In this document: positions 40,255 through 51,379 of the stretch, piece by piece
Position numbering within the stretch: the stretch's first letter is position 1
Layout of the letters: every line of letters begins with the position of its first letter
DNA from: Methanobacteriota archaeon
GTDB taxonomy: Archaea; Halobacteriota; Bog-38; Methanoflorentales; Methanoflorentaceae
Assembly (NCBI GenBank): GCA_963719035.1
Contig: CAVRAO010000002.1
Span: 192,001 to 256,000 of the forward strand
DNA length: 64,000 nucleotides
Direction of reading: 5' to 3'
Notes under the pieces: generated by a model
Seen by the model: the letters and a program-made list of their open reading frames with translations, nothing else
What the model was told of the DNA's origin: nothing
Database searches by the model: none
Translations under genes and position numbers: made by a program

Positions 40255-40916
40255 GTGGATTCTGATAAGCGTTATTCATTTAAATATGTGATGTTTGAAT
40301 GCCCGTACGCGAACGTATTTGTCTGCAGAAGGATAGAAAGACGATTTCGGACTTAATGTGTCTGTGATCCGGCTGTTACTATTGAGTTCGCTCACACATC
40401 ACTATTCAATACTATACAACGCCTTTTTTGTCGCAAAAGATATACCTTGGCAGCACTGCTTGTGCTCAAAGGTTAAAAGGCAGCCAATATAGAATTTAAT
40501 ATGCAAAAAGCAATGCGCACTATCGGAATTCGAAAAGGTCTAGTAGCTCCTAAAACGGAAATGTATTCCTTTCCCACCTGTTTCGATAGCGAGTAGTCAG
40601 CACAAAGGGCAGCACAGAGTTTGGCGCGGGAACTTAGCCGACTTTACATCGGGCTAATAAATATCGTACATCATCTCATAAGTTGTGCATCTACGTTTAG
40701 GAATTTAATATATCTGCGCTTGTTATGCGAATTCTGCTTTTTTTCTTACGATCCGAGAATTGACTTTTTGTAAAGACCTAGACTGAGTTTAAAACGCATT
40801 ATTAAATTCTTGTGTGTATTTTCACTTCGCCCGAAGAGAGTGATTACGCGCTTCTAACGACGTAAAGTACACGATTACCAAAGCTTTATCGCGTGCGCCC
40901 ACGATCATAGCGGTGC

Positions 40917-42293
40917 ATGCACGCTGCGATTATCTGCTCAGAAATAGACGCCGCCTCGCAAAACGTAGCGCGTCATCTTCTTAAGCGTGTTCCCTGGGCG
41001 AGATGTTCAGAAGAACCTGTTCATTGGACGTATGGAAACTTTCAGTTGCTGGTAACTAAAGGTAGACTCATCAAACAAGAAGCGCTAGATCGAGAGCTTA
41101 ATGCAGACTTACTCATATTTGCGTCTAGGCACCAGAGCGAGAAACGGAAAGGACCTGTATTTACAGCACACTTTACTGGTAACATTGAAGGCCCTCAACA
41201 GGTGGTCCCTACCTTAGCGCGCGCTGCTCCTCGTGCATTGAAACTTGTGGTAGAAAGGCTCAAACGATTGTCTAGCATTGAAGTCCTAGTCGAGGTAACC
41301 CACCACTGTCCTTGCACTATTAACACGCCGTCGCTCTTCGTGGAGATTGGTAGTTCAAAATCTGAGTGGATAGATGAAGCCCTTGGCGATACTATGGCAC
41401 AGGCTATTCTCTCGCTAGACTCACCATTACTGAACTCCCAGTGCGTGACAGCTGTCGGGTTCGGGGGACCGCACTACGCCCTGCGCCACACTGAGGTTCT
41501 GCTCGGTAGCGACATTTGTTATGGGCATATTTTTGCTACATATCAACTTGAACGGTTATCGCCAGCAATCGTCCAAGAGGCATTCGAGAAATCACCGGCA
41601 CAATTCGCGTACTTTGACCGAAAACAGATGGGTGCAGAAAGGGATCGTTTGCTGTCTATTTTGCATAACTTGGGTTATGAAGTGCTTAGAAAGAGCGACA
41701 TTGAGGACCATGGAAACGTTTCGTGGGAGCAATATCTCCGAATCAGGCGCGCATTGAGATTAAACGGTGTAGTTTTGGATGGAACGCGTATACACGTAAG
41801 CGCGTCATTGCAAGACTCCCTCGACGATCCTACCCTGTCAATGACCTACTTTGAGTTCAAACGGCTTGATTTAAACCCCGCAATAATCAAACTGGCTCAC
41901 GCTGTCGATCGTGAATCCTTTAAGCACTTGATTGAAATCGAAAAAATAGTATACCTGGAACGTAAAGACGGTAACATTCTCGCTATCTTCGTTCCGGCCG
42001 AATTCAACTTGCGAGATGTAACAAGCGCCCTGCTACTAGGATGTATAGAAATACTAAAAAAGCGGTACGAGGTAGAATATTCTCAGCGAAAATCAAAACT
42101 ATATATATCCGAACGCAAATTTAACGCACGATTAGCACGATCGCTTGGCGTGGCTGATGGGCCACTATTTGCGAAACTAGCGCACGGAGAGCCGATCAGA
42201 ATAAATAGCAAGGTAATTAAACCCGAGGATGTATTTACGAAGGTTAAAAAGGCATTTGATGTCGCTACTGCTGACAAACTCGGTCAACATTAA
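40917..42293 (+). CDS. dtdA: D-aminoacyl-tRNA deacylase (DTD2), long form
   Basis: D.AS.N, FASRH, HFTGN, EVTHH.P, FVEIGS, GFGGPHY motifs; located upstream of ftsZ. Confidence 0.9.
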   Translation: MHAAIICSEIDAASQNVARHLLKRVPWARCSEEPVHWTYGNFQLLVTKGRLIKQEALDRELNADLLIFASRHQSEKRKGPVFTAHFTGNIEGPQQVVPTLARAAPRALKLVVERLKRLSSIEVLVEVTHHCPCTINTPSLFVEIGSSKSEWIDEALGDTMAQAILSLDSPLLNSQCVTAVGFGGPHYALRHTEVLLGSDICYGHIFATYQLERLSPAIVQEAFEKSPAQFAYFDRKQMGAERDRLLSILHNLGYEVLRKSDIEDHGNVSWEQYLRIRRALRLNGVVLDGTRIHVSASLQDSLDDPTLSMTYFEFKRLDLNPAIIKLAHAVDRESFKHLIEIEKIVYLERKDGNILAIFVPAEFNLRDVTSALLLGCIEILKKRYEVEYSQRKSKLYISERKFNARLARSLGVADGPLFAKLAHGEPIRINSKVIKPEDVFTKVKKAFDVATADKLGQH

Positions 42294-42326
42294 CATGTCT
42301 TGAAAACTAAATGTGGAGGATACGAC

Positions 42327-43436
42327 ATGAAGTCCATAATTGAAGACGCGCTTGCACGCGGCGCAAGCGACGAAAAAAGCGAATCACCGCAACGGTCCTA
42401 TACCGTTGACCAAGAGCTCGAAGAAGTGCTCAAAACGCTACAAACAAACATTATCGTTGTTGGATGTGGTGGTGCTGGATCTAATACTATAACGCGAATG
42501 ATGGAAGAGGGGATAGAAGGAGCTGAACTAATTGCACTCAACACGGACGCTCAGCACCTAAGGGGCACGATAGCCGATCGGAAAATCCTGATAGGAAAAG
42601 AGCGCACGCGCGGTCTCGGCGCTGGTTCACTTCCTCAAATAGGGGAAGAAGCCGCTCTCGAAAGTCAAGAGGAACTGCGCGCGAGCGTTGCCGGGGCGGA
42701 CATGGTGTTTATTACCGCCGGGTTAGGCGGTGGAACGGGCACTGGTGCTGCGCCTGTCGTCGCAGAAGCGGCACGAGACGCCGGGGCTCTTACAATCGCT
42801 ATCGTTACACTCCCGTTTAGCGTAGAGGGTATGGTGAGAAGAGCGAATGCCGAAGCAGGGCTCGAACGGCTTCGTGATATGGCAGATACGGTTATCGTCG
42901 TGCCAAACGACCGACTGTTAGAAGTGGTGCCTCGATTGCCACTACAAGCTGCGTTTAAGGTGTCGGACGAAGTATTGATGCGAGCCGTTAAAGGTATAAC
43001 CGAGCTTATCACTAAACCTGGGCTCATTAACCTTGATTTTGCTGATGTCAGAACCGTTATGCAAAGAGGTGGCGTAGCAATGATCGGGCTTGGCGAGTCT
43101 GATGCCGAGGACAAAGCCGTAGATTCAGTGAAGAAAGCCCTGAGAAGTCCACTATTGGACGTCGATATCTCAGGTGCTACTGCTGCCATAGTCAATGTCA
43201 TAGGAGGCACAGATATGACCGTGACTGAAGCAGAAGGGGTCGTGCAAGAAGTTTATGAGCGTATCGATCCCGACGCGCGCATCATTTGGGGCGCACAGAT
43301 CGATCCCGAGCTGGACCACATGGTGCGGACGTTGCTTATCGTCACAGGGGTTAAATCACCTCAGATCTACGGTAAAAGTGAATCACTCAAGATAAAAACT
43401 GGGGCTGAAAGGTATGGGATAGACTTCGTCAAATAA
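42327..43436 (+). CDS. ftsZ: Cell division protein FtsZ
   Basis: [28 protein letters not shown] motifs. Confidence 0.98.
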   Translation: MKSIIEDALARGASDEKSESPQRSYTVDQELEEVLKTLQTNIIVVGCGGAGSNTITRMMEEGIEGAELIALNTDAQHLRGTIADRKILIGKERTRGLGAGSLPQIGEEAALESQEELRASVAGADMVFITAGLGGGTGTGAAPVVAEAARDAGALTIAIVTLPFSVEGMVRRANAEAGLERLRDMADTVIVVPNDRLLEVVPRLPLQAAFKVSDEVLMRAVKGITELITKPGLINLDFADVRTVMQRGGVAMIGLGESDAEDKAVDSVKKALRSPLLDVDISGATAAIVNVIGGTDMTVTEAEGVVQEVYERIDPDARIIWGAQIDPELDHMVRTLLIVTGVKSPQIYGKSESLKIKTGAERYGIDFVK

Positions 43437-43561
43437 GGACCCCAGCAGTAATCCTCCACAAAAAAATTTATACTATCGAGACGCAAAGTGATACCAAGCG
43501 TCGCCGCGGGCGCTGATATTCACTTTGCGCATTTTTGCTGCACTAGTTTGGTGAATGTACG

Positions 43562-44023
43562 ATGGTTAAAAAACAGGGGACTTCTTCGTCCAAATCTAAT
43601 AAACAACGAGAGCCCACCAAAGAAGAAAAAAAACGGGATGGTGGTGCGTCTAAGCCTTCGAAACCGCAAGAGGCCCAAAAAGAAGGTCGTTTCTCTCGAA
43701 AGGCGATCGAACGTAAGCTTGGTGAGTATCGAAGGATCTTAACGTTGACAAGAAGGCCAACGCGCGAGGAGTTCTCTACGATTGCAAAGGTTGCTGCATT
43801 AGGGATTATCATAATCGGAGTGGCTGGTTTTCTGATATACTTAGCTATGGTACAAGTACCTGAGAGCTTAGGCGCGAACAATACGACGCAAGCGACGACA
43901 AGCTCTTCAACAAGCAACGAACAGGCTGTCATTCAGCAAATAACCAACGCGACGGCTGAAATTAACAATGCCTCAGCAGCGAATAATGCGGGGACTGTGA
44001 CTACGCAGTCAGTAGCTAGTTAG
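43562..44023 (+). CDS. secE: Protein translocase SecE/Sec61-gamma with N- and C-terminal extensions
   Basis: EYRRIL.LTRRPTREEF plus one TM helix; conserved position between ftsZ and spt5. Confidence 0.9.
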   Translation: MVKKQGTSSSKSNKQREPTKEEKKRDGGASKPSKPQEAQKEGRFSRKAIERKLGEYRRILTLTRRPTREEFSTIAKVAALGIIIIGVAGFLIYLAMVQVPESLGANNTTQATTSSSTSNEQAVIQQITNATAEINNASAANNAGTVTTQSVAS

Positions 44024-44029
44024 TATCGA

Positions 44030-44521
44030 ATGGAGAGGAAGATGTCTAGTCAGGAGCAAGATGAACTCGAATCTTCAATATACGCCATAAAGACTACGGC
44101 GAATCAAGAACGGGCAGTAGCTAACCTACTTGCACTCGCTGCTAAGAAGGAGAATTATGATATTCGGGCGATACTCGTCCCAAAAGAGCTTAAAGGGTAT
44201 GTGCTCATCGAGACCAACGCGTTTGAAACGGTAGAGCAGGCAATTCAAGGTATACCGCACGCACGCGGCGTGGTAAAGGGGAGTACTAAATTTGCAGAAA
44301 TCGAACATTTCTTAACACCAAAGCCGGCGGTAGCGGGCATCGAAGATGGAGACATCATTGAGCTCATTGCTGGGCCTTTCAAAGGAGAAAGAGCCCGCGT
44401 AAAGCGAATTGACGAGCGCCGTGAAGAGATCACGGTAGAGCTTTTCGAAGCTATGGTGCCAATACCTATTACCGTACGCGGTGATAACGTGCGAGTGTTG
44501 AGCAAGGAGGAGCGTGAATAA
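44030..44521 (+). CDS. spt5: Transcription elongation factor Spt5
   Basis: T..NQE, KGYVLIE, KOW motif GPFKGE. Confidence 0.95.
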   Translation: MERKMSSQEQDELESSIYAIKTTANQERAVANLLALAAKKENYDIRAILVPKELKGYVLIETNAFETVEQAIQGIPHARGVVKGSTKFAEIEHFLTPKPAVAGIEDGDIIELIAGPFKGERARVKRIDERREEITVELFEAMVPIPITVRGDNVRVLSKEERE

Positions 44522-44522
44522 T

Positions 44523-44999
44523 ATGGTCGACGTAATCGAGATCTTGGTCCCTGGAGGCAAAGCGAGTCCCGGTCCACCGATAGGACCTGCTTTAGGACCA
44601 CTCGGAATCAACATCAAGGCGGTCGTTGACGAAATAAACGAAAAAACTGCGTCATATAATGGCATGCAAGTGCCGGTGAAGGTCACTGTCGACGATAAAA
44701 AGAATGTGACGCTCGAAATAGGTATACCTCCAGCATCAGCTCTTATTCTTATAGAAGCAGGCATAGAGAAAGGATCGTCTGGCGAAGACACGGTGGGCAA
44801 TATCAGCGTCGCCCAAGCAATTAAGATCGCAAAGCTGAAACAGTCGAACTCACTTTCGTACGAGCTTAAAAACACCGTTAAAGAAATCTTAGGGACTTGC
44901 GTGTCGATGGGCGTCACTGTTGATGAAAAGCCTGCAAAGGATATTCAACATGCTGTAGACGCTGGTGAATACGCAGATCTGTTTGCTGAGGATTCTTAG
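44523..44999 (+). CDS. rpl11: 50S ribosomal protein L11
   Basis: GGKASPGPPIGPALGP and GTCVSMG motifs. Confidence 0.97.
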   Translation: MVDVIEILVPGGKASPGPPIGPALGPLGINIKAVVDEINEKTASYNGMQVPVKVTVDDKKNVTLEIGIPPASALILIEAGIEKGSSGEDTVGNISVAQAIKIAKLKQSNSLSYELKNTVKEILGTCVSMGVTVDEKPAKDIQHAVDAGEYADLFAEDS

Positions 45000-45042
45000 A
45001 CGGCGAAAGATTGAAGTAAGGTTGCTCCATCTTTAGAATGTA

Positions 45043-45082
45043 CCGTAGGAGATCATAAACAAGGTCGACGATACTACGGAGG
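45043..45082 (+). promoter_or_regulatory. Putative L1-binding autoregulatory mRNA element
   Basis: CCGTAG-GAG-ATC...GGT-CGACGATA-CTACGG stem with an asymmetric internal loop; the 3' arm overlaps the GGAGG SD of rpl1. Confidence 0.6.
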
Positions 45083-45086
45083 ACAT

Positions 45087-45728
45087 ATGGTCAACGAAAA
45101 TACCATAAGAGCGGTAAATGACGCCATTGAGTCAGCGCCGAAGCGGAAGTTCACTGAGAGCGTTGATCTTGTTGTCAATCTAAAGAACATTGATTTAAGC
45201 CAGCCGAAGAACCGGATTACAGAGTCGATAGTGCTTCCGAAAGGACGGGGCAAAGCGACAAAAATCGGCGTTTTTGCTAAGGGTGACCTCGCCATCAAAT
45301 CACAAAGCGGTGGGGCAGATCTCGTAATTTCTCCTGAAGACATTGATAAGATGAGTGGTGACAAGAAACTCATCAGATCAACTACGAGAGATATTGATTT
45401 TTTTGTTGCGGAAGCCCCACTGATGCCCTCTATAGGCAAGAGTTTCGGGCCGATTCTCGGTCCTAAAGGTAAAATGCCCGATCCTATCCCATCTAGTGCC
45501 GATCCAACGCCTCTTATAAATAGACTTAAGCGAACCGTAAAGGTTCGCACGAAAGACAAGCCAACGTTTCACGCCTTAGTCGGAAATCTGAGCATGAGCG
45601 TCGAAGACATTGCAGCTAATATTGAAGCACTTCTCAGTACCGTTGAGTCTAAACTTGACAATGGGACACAGAACATAGCCTCTGTCTATGTAAAGACGAC
45701 TATGGGGCCTGCAGTGAGGCTGATATAA
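45087..45728 (+). CDS. rpl1: 50S ribosomal protein L1
   Basis: RKFTESVDL, LGPKGKMP, KTTMGP motifs. Confidence 0.97.
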   Translation: MVNENTIRAVNDAIESAPKRKFTESVDLVVNLKNIDLSQPKNRITESIVLPKGRGKATKIGVFAKGDLAIKSQSGGADLVISPEDIDKMSGDKKLIRSTTRDIDFFVAEAPLMPSIGKSFGPILGPKGKMPDPIPSSADPTPLINRLKRTVKVRTKDKPTFHALVGNLSMSVEDIAANIEALLSTVESKLDNGTQNIASVYVKTTMGPAVRLI

Positions 45729-46751
45729 ATGACCGTAGCTGAAAATGTGCACCGCCCAGCTTGGAAAGATGAGGAGATCAGTCGTATTAAAACCGACGTC
45801 AAAACGCACGATGTAGTCGCCGTAGTCAGTATCCAAGGTATTCCCGCACGCCAATTTCAGAATATGCGGGCAGAACTCAAGGACGTCGCTAAGATACAAG
45901 TGGCCCGTAATACCCTCATTCACCGCGCATTAGAGCAATCTGGCGAGTCGACGCTAAAGTTGTTTGAGAATGTCGAAGGACAAACAGCACTTGTCTTCAC
46001 CAATCTCAATCCGTTCAAGCTTTTTAAGCTGATTGAGAGCAGCAAAACTCCTGCACCAGCGAAAGCGGGCGAGAAAGCGCCCCGAGACATAATCGTCGAA
46101 AAAGGACCTACATCTTTCAGACCCGGACCGATAGTTGGCGACCTCCAAAACGCTGGAATACCCGCCGCCATCGAGAAAGGCAAAATTGTAATACGTGAGA
46201 CAAAAACGGTCGCGAAAACGGGTGAGCCGATCAGTGCACGGCTCGCCGACGTGCTTCAGCGCCTTGAGATCTATCCTATGGAAGTCGGTTTGTACCTTCG
46301 GGCGGCATACGACGGTGACGTTATCTATACTTCTGAAGATCTAAAAATCGACGAACAAGCCTACTTTAACCAGTTTGTATCCGCCGTCTCAAGCGCGCTT
46401 AATCTTTCAATTAATATAGGATATCCAACCTCACTAACCGTTGAAACGTTGCTTCAGAAAGGCACTTTTGAAGGAATGGCCCTCGCTTTGAAAGCTGAGA
46501 TCTTTGAGCCAGAAGTGCTGAAAATTCTGCTCTTGCGGGCACATAAGGTAGCAATGTTGCTTGTTAATGAACTTCCAAACGACGCGTTAGATGATGATTT
46601 AATCGCGTTAAAAGATGCCACTATGGCTCTGACTCAATCGGCTAAGGCTGAGCAGGCGGTGGAAGAGAAACAAACACAAGAGGACGAAGAGGCAAGCGAA
46701 ACGAAGGATGCTGAATCGGGAATGGCCGGTTTAGGCGCGTTATTTGAATAA
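45729..46751 (+). CDS. rpl10: 50S ribosomal protein L10 (P0)
   Basis: RNTL, FT..NPFKL, GPT.F.PGP, C-terminal GLGALF. Confidence 0.97.
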   Translation: MTVAENVHRPAWKDEEISRIKTDVKTHDVVAVVSIQGIPARQFQNMRAELKDVAKIQVARNTLIHRALEQSGESTLKLFENVEGQTALVFTNLNPFKLFKLIESSKTPAPAKAGEKAPRDIIVEKGPTSFRPGPIVGDLQNAGIPAAIEKGKIVIRETKTVAKTGEPISARLADVLQRLEIYPMEVGLYLRAAYDGDVIYTSEDLKIDEQAYFNQFVSAVSSALNLSINIGYPTSLTVETLLQKGTFEGMALALKAEIFEPEVLKILLLRAHKVAMLLVNELPNDALDDDLIALKDATMALTQSAKAEQAVEEKQTQEDEEASETKDAESGMAGLGALFE

Positions 46752-46786
46752 TTTGAAGATCACAACATAGTAAAGGTGATAGCGAA

Positions 46787-47107
46787 ATGGAATACGTATA
46801 TGCAGCACTAGTTTTGAACGCAACAGGCAAAGAGGTAACTGAGGAGGGCGTTACGAACGTTCTCAGCGCAGCAGGCGCAACAGTGAATGAAGCGAGAGCC
46901 AAAGCACTTGTAGCAGCGCTCGAAGGCATTAATATTGACGAGGCCATATCTAAAGCGGCATTTACCGGGGCGCCCGCAGTAGCTGCACCGGCTGCTTCCG
47001 TACAAAAAGAAGAGACTGAAGAAGCGAAAGTCGAAGAAGATAAAGAGAAGGAGAAAGAGGAGGAAGAAGAAACAGGGATGGAAGGGCTAGGTGCCCTATT
47101 TGGGTAG
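46787..47107 (+). CDS. rpl12: 50S ribosomal protein L12 (archaeal P1)
   Basis: MEYVYAAL, acidic hinge, GLGALFG. Confidence 0.97.
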   Translation: MEYVYAALVLNATGKEVTEEGVTNVLSAAGATVNEARAKALVAALEGINIDEAISKAAFTGAPAVAAPAASVQKEETEEAKVEEDKEKEKEEEEETGMEGLGALFG

Positions 47108-47296
47108 TCCTCCCCCGGAGACTAATCTTCCCGACATCCTATCTTTGGCGCTTTATTGATCCAAAACTTCGGCAGACATTTTCCGCGCGATCTTTCTGTC
47201 AGCCCAAAAGCAAGTCTACCGGGAGAGCTGTGCTATTAGGTTTAGCTAATGTAGCAAGAACGCCTTTATGCTATCATAACCTGCTGACGTTAACGA

Positions 47297-48010
47297 TTAT
47301 CGCACGCCCAGCCTAGACGCTAAATCCAAACAATTCTTAGGCCCATATACATCATGGTTCCAGTAGCCGAAAACGTCTGCTTCGTTTGAAATCTCTCGGA
47401 TTCGACGCACCCAGAAGTCTAGTTCTTCTGACGAGTAAACGTCCAGATCTCCACCTCGCGCGCGCCATCTGATGTAAGTAAAATTCTTAAAACAGTCGAT
47501 GTTGTTGCCAAATTGTGCACCGAGTATTGCCAAAGAGAGGTTGCTTTGCCCTCTAAAACGGTCAAAAACATCGTCGCTAAACCACGAATCGTGACGAAAT
47601 TCAAAAGCAAAACGATGGTCAGGTAAGAGTGAAAGAAACTCGTCTAGACGGTCTAAATCTTTTTTAAAGCTCGAGGCGAGCCCTACGAGAAACGGGCCCA
47701 GCTTGTGTCCCAATACCCCACAGATCTCAAAGAAGTCACTGAGAGCTCGGCGTGAGTCGTGCAGCCTCTTGGTGTGTGTGATATGCTTGTTCATCTTTAC
47801 AGAAAACACAAAATCGTCAGGAGTAGAGTTGTACCAGTTTTTTTAGCTGACCTTCCTTCGGAAATTGATAAAACGTCGAATTAACTTCAACTGAGTGGAA
47901 AAATCGCGCGTATTGCTCCAGGTAAAGACGACGCGAGTTATAGAGGACGCCCAGCCAATGATCGTAATGCCACCCGCTGCAACCCAGATAGATGCTTGCC
48001 GTTTACTCAC
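47297..48010 (-). pseudogene. DUF72 family protein with two apparent frameshifts
   Basis: IYLGCSGW.Y, VEVNSTFY, F.FSVK, ITH, EFRH.SW motifs; A7 run at about 47838-47844 and a missing base near 48002. Confidence 0.85.
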
Positions 48011-48106
48011 CCTACCCTATCGAGGCTCGACTACAAAGCAGTTCTATTGGATGAATAAAAAGCATTGCCAAGGTTTAATTAATCAAGAAGCCATAGGAGA
48101 CCTGAG

Positions 48107-50245
48107 ATGGTATTGACAGAGGCAGACGCTCGTATAATCACCGAAGCACTTGGTCGCCAGCTGAATGAAGTCGAAGCTGCGATATTCGAGAATCTCTGGT
48201 CCGAGCACTGTGCCTATAGAACAAGCAAACCACTCTTACAAACAATGCCCACCCAAGGGGAGTTTGTTGTTGTGGGTCCTGGTGACGATGCCGCTATCAT
48301 TAAGTTGAGCGACGGACTTGCTCTTGCGATAGCGATGGAAAGTCACAATCATCCTTCGTACGTTGATCCATATGATGGGGCTGCCACCGGTGTGGGCGGA
48401 ATCGTTCGCGATGTAATTTCGATGGGAGCTCAGCCAATAGCCCTCATGGATTGTCTCTATTTTGGAAGTTTGGAGAAGGAGAAAAATCGGTACCTATTTG
48501 AGCACGTCATTCAAGCAATTAGCGACTACGGCAACTGTATAGGGGTGCCTGTTGTTAACGGAGAAGTCTTCTTTCATCCGAGCTATGATGGAAATCCACT
48601 CGTTAACGTTGTTTGCGTCGGCCTTTGCCAACTTGATAAATATGTTACTGGCCGCGTAAAAAAGCCTGGCAGTAAAATCATTCTTATCGGGTCAACTACA
48701 GGCCGGGACGGCTTGGGTGGCGCATCGTTTGCTTCGCGCGATCTCAGTGAAGAATCTGAAGCTTCTGATAGGCCGTCTGTCCAAATTGGCGACCCTTACA
48801 CCGAAAAACTGCTCATCGATGCGACGCTTGAAGCAGTCAACCAAGGTTACGTTCTAGCGTGTCGCGATCTCGGCGCTGCTGGTTTGTCAGGTGCTTCCGC
48901 AGAGATGTGTTCTACATTTGGCGGGCGGATAACGCTAGACGCCATTCCTTTACGAGAGACCGGAATGACTCCTCGAGAGATATTAGTTTCAGAGTCACAA
49001 GAACGCATGGTTTTCGAGGTTTCGCCTGAACACGTTGTCGATGTGCTTGCCATTGCCAGCAAGTACGATTTGAACGGCGCCGTCATTGGCGAAGTGATCG
49101 AAGAACCCAGCTATGTCGTTGAGTTCGGTGGGAGTATAGTAGCGCATATACCGATAAAACTGCTAACTGAAGGGGCGCCACTTTGCACACCAAAGTGCCC
49201 AGAGGTATTGCCGCATACTAAAAAGCCTGCGGTTCATGGAGTGACGCTTCAAGAAAAGGCACTGAGCGTACTAACCTCGCCAAACGTTGCTTTAAAAGAG
49301 TGGGTTTACAGCCAATACGATCACGAGGTTCAAACGCGAACCGTTGTCAAACCAGGCGCAGGGGCGGCAGTTATCTCGATCGACGCTTCTCGAGGTATTG
49401 TGCTATCTTCTGGCTGTAACGCTACACAAGTGGCAGTAGATCCATTTAACGGAGCCGCTGCTACTGTTTTAGAAAATGCAATGAATTTAGCGGTCAAAGG
49501 TGCAATGCCCGTTGCGCTCGTCAATTGTCTTAACTTCGGTAACCCTGAAAAGGGAGAGATTTTTTTCCAACTTGAACAAGCTGTAAACGGACTCTCTTAC
49601 GCAGCACACATTATCGAGACGCCCATCGTTGGGGGAAATGTTTCGCTCTATAATGAAAGCGAAGAGTTCCACACCGCTATAATCCCTACACCGTCAATCG
49701 GGATGGTAGGAATTCTCAAAAACGTCTCTAAGGTTCCCTCAGCTTTTTTCAACCGCGAAGGCGACACCATAGTAATGGTAGGCGAAACGTATCCCGAATA
49801 TGGGGGATCAGAGTTCGCGGAACTCTTTGGATTAGATGGCTTCGTTCCAAAGCCACGTGCAGATATCAAGAAAAACATCGAAGCGCTAGTGGAAACTATA
49901 GAAACCGGGAAGATCTCAGCTGCTAACGATATTGGACGCGGGGGTATCTTAAGCACCCTTGCACATATGTGCACACTTTTTGGCGCTAGAGTTGACCTTT
50001 CTCACGTTCTAGCAGAAGAGAACGAGTTATTTTCCGAGACGTCTGGAAGAGCGATCGTGTCTGTCAATAGCAAAGACCTCACCTCTATTCTAAACTTGTT
50101 TAAAGAGCGAGATGTTCCGTTTGCTTCTATTGGAACTGTCGGCAACGATAGCCTCTCTATAGTAATTGGTGATAACACGCTAACGCTCCCGTTAGCAATT
50201 ATCAAGCGGAGTCTAAATTCTCTCAATGATAGCATGATAGGTTAA
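48107..50245 (+). CDS. purL: Phosphoribosylformylglycinamidine synthase subunit PurL
   Basis: [40 protein letters not shown] motifs. Confidence 0.97.
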   Translation: MVLTEADARIITEALGRQLNEVEAAIFENLWSEHCAYRTSKPLLQTMPTQGEFVVVGPGDDAAIIKLSDGLALAIAMESHNHPSYVDPYDGAATGVGGIVRDVISMGAQPIALMDCLYFGSLEKEKNRYLFEHVIQAISDYGNCIGVPVVNGEVFFHPSYDGNPLVNVVCVGLCQLDKYVTGRVKKPGSKIILIGSTTGRDGLGGASFASRDLSEESEASDRPSVQIGDPYTEKLLIDATLEAVNQGYVLACRDLGAAGLSGASAEMCSTFGGRITLDAIPLRETGMTPREILVSESQERMVFEVSPEHVVDVLAIASKYDLNGAVIGEVIEEPSYVVEFGGSIVAHIPIKLLTEGAPLCTPKCPEVLPHTKKPAVHGVTLQEKALSVLTSPNVALKEWVYSQYDHEVQTRTVVKPGAGAAVISIDASRGIVLSSGCNATQVAVDPFNGAAATVLENAMNLAVKGAMPVALVNCLNFGNPEKGEIFFQLEQAVNGLSYAAHIIETPIVGGNVSLYNESEEFHTAIIPTPSIGMVGILKNVSKVPSAFFNREGDTIVMVGETYPEYGGSEFAELFGLDGFVPKPRADIKKNIEALVETIETGKISAANDIGRGGILSTLAHMCTLFGARVDLSHVLAEENELFSETSGRAIVSVNSKDLTSILNLFKERDVPFASIGTVGNDSLSIVIGDNTLTLPLAIIKRSLNSLNDSMIG

Positions 50246-50280
50246 AGAGATCTTGCACGCGTGGCGCAACTACATCCACC

Positions 50281-51285
50281 ATGTTGAGCGTTAACTTGAT
50301 TTATGGAACGTACGGCGAGAGCGGCATTCTCACTAGCATTGAAAATACGAAACGGATGTTAAAGCTTCTAGAGCCAGACGGCGTGCGCTTCTATACAAAC
50401 GCATTCAAAATTTGCGACTTATTGCACGCGCACACGTTCGGACCGATCGCTGTTTTGTTAGTACTCTTTCACAAAGCATTGCACAAAACAGTGATATTGC
50501 ACGCGCACACGACGCCACAAGATGTGACGAACAGTTATTTTGCGGCAAATTTAATCAGCGTCTGTTTAAAAGGTTATCTACACCTCTATTACAATCTAGC
50601 AGATGTCTGTATTGTTCCTTCCGCACACACTAAGGACGTACTTATAAAAACGCTCAAAATTAAGCGGAGAATTGAAGTTATCAGTAATGGCATTGATTCG
50701 AGCCTATACGTGTGCAATGGGAAGTTGTCTTCAGAATTTAAAGCGGATTACGATTTGGACGACCGACCAGTGGTGCTCTCATTAGGATTAGTTTTTTTGC
50801 GGAAAGGCATCGTTGATTTTGTCACCGTCGCGAAGCGATTACCGCATTTTCAGTTTGTGTGGGTAGGGAGAATCGTGACATGGCCGTTCTTTCCCCGAGC
50901 TGCTAGAAAAGTGATCACAACGGCTTCTAAAAATGTACTGTTTACCGGCAGAGTGAGCAGTATTTGTCAAGCTCTCAGTGCAGCTGAAGTCTTTGTTTTT
51001 CCCAGCTACGAGGAGAATCAAGGGATTGCTGTTCTTGAAGCAGCTGACTGCGGTTTACCTCTAATCTTGCGCGATCTACCAGTTTATAGCGACTTCGTCG
51101 ACGGGCAAAATTGTGTCAAATTCACGACAATTGATGGATTTGAAAGCGCAATCAAAGAACTCATTAAACACAAGACAGTTGCAAAAGCGCTGGGAGAAAA
51201 CGCACGAAAGACCGTTCAAATCCACGATGTCCGTGTGCTGAGTAAAAGGCTGCTCCAAGTCTATCAAACGGCGAAACGGGCTTAA
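50281..51285 (+). CDS. GT4 family glycosyltransferase
   Basis: SNGID, RKG, FPSYEENQGIAVLEA (Ex7E) motifs. Confidence 0.9.
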   Translation: MLSVNLIYGTYGESGILTSIENTKRMLKLLEPDGVRFYTNAFKICDLLHAHTFGPIAVLLVLFHKALHKTVILHAHTTPQDVTNSYFAANLISVCLKGYLHLYYNLADVCIVPSAHTKDVLIKTLKIKRRIEVISNGIDSSLYVCNGKLSSEFKADYDLDDRPVVLSLGLVFLRKGIVDFVTVAKRLPHFQFVWVGRIVTWPFFPRAARKVITTASKNVLFTGRVSSICQALSAAEVFVFPSYEENQGIAVLEAADCGLPLILRDLPVYSDFVDGQNCVKFTTIDGFESAIKELIKHKTVAKALGENARKTVQIHDVRVLSKRLLQVYQTAKRA

Positions 51286-51379
51286 TGTTGCCTAGGTAAG
51301 CGACGTAGCTTTAAAAGGAAAGTTTTATAGACCAAATGTCCTCTACTACCTCTGTTTAAAAAAAGCTGAGGAATTCGAA

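Noticed and set aside
40255-40916. 660-bp gap next to tRNA-iMet as an integrated element or att site
   Set aside because: No integrase, no duplicated tRNA 3' end seen, and the gap is on the 5' side of the tRNA; only a weak 31-codon ORF (40501..40596) is present.
47830-47850. A7 run in DUF72 as a programmed -1 frameshift
   Set aside because: Repair needs loss of one base (+1), a second indel occurs in the same gene, and homopolymer errors recur across the window.
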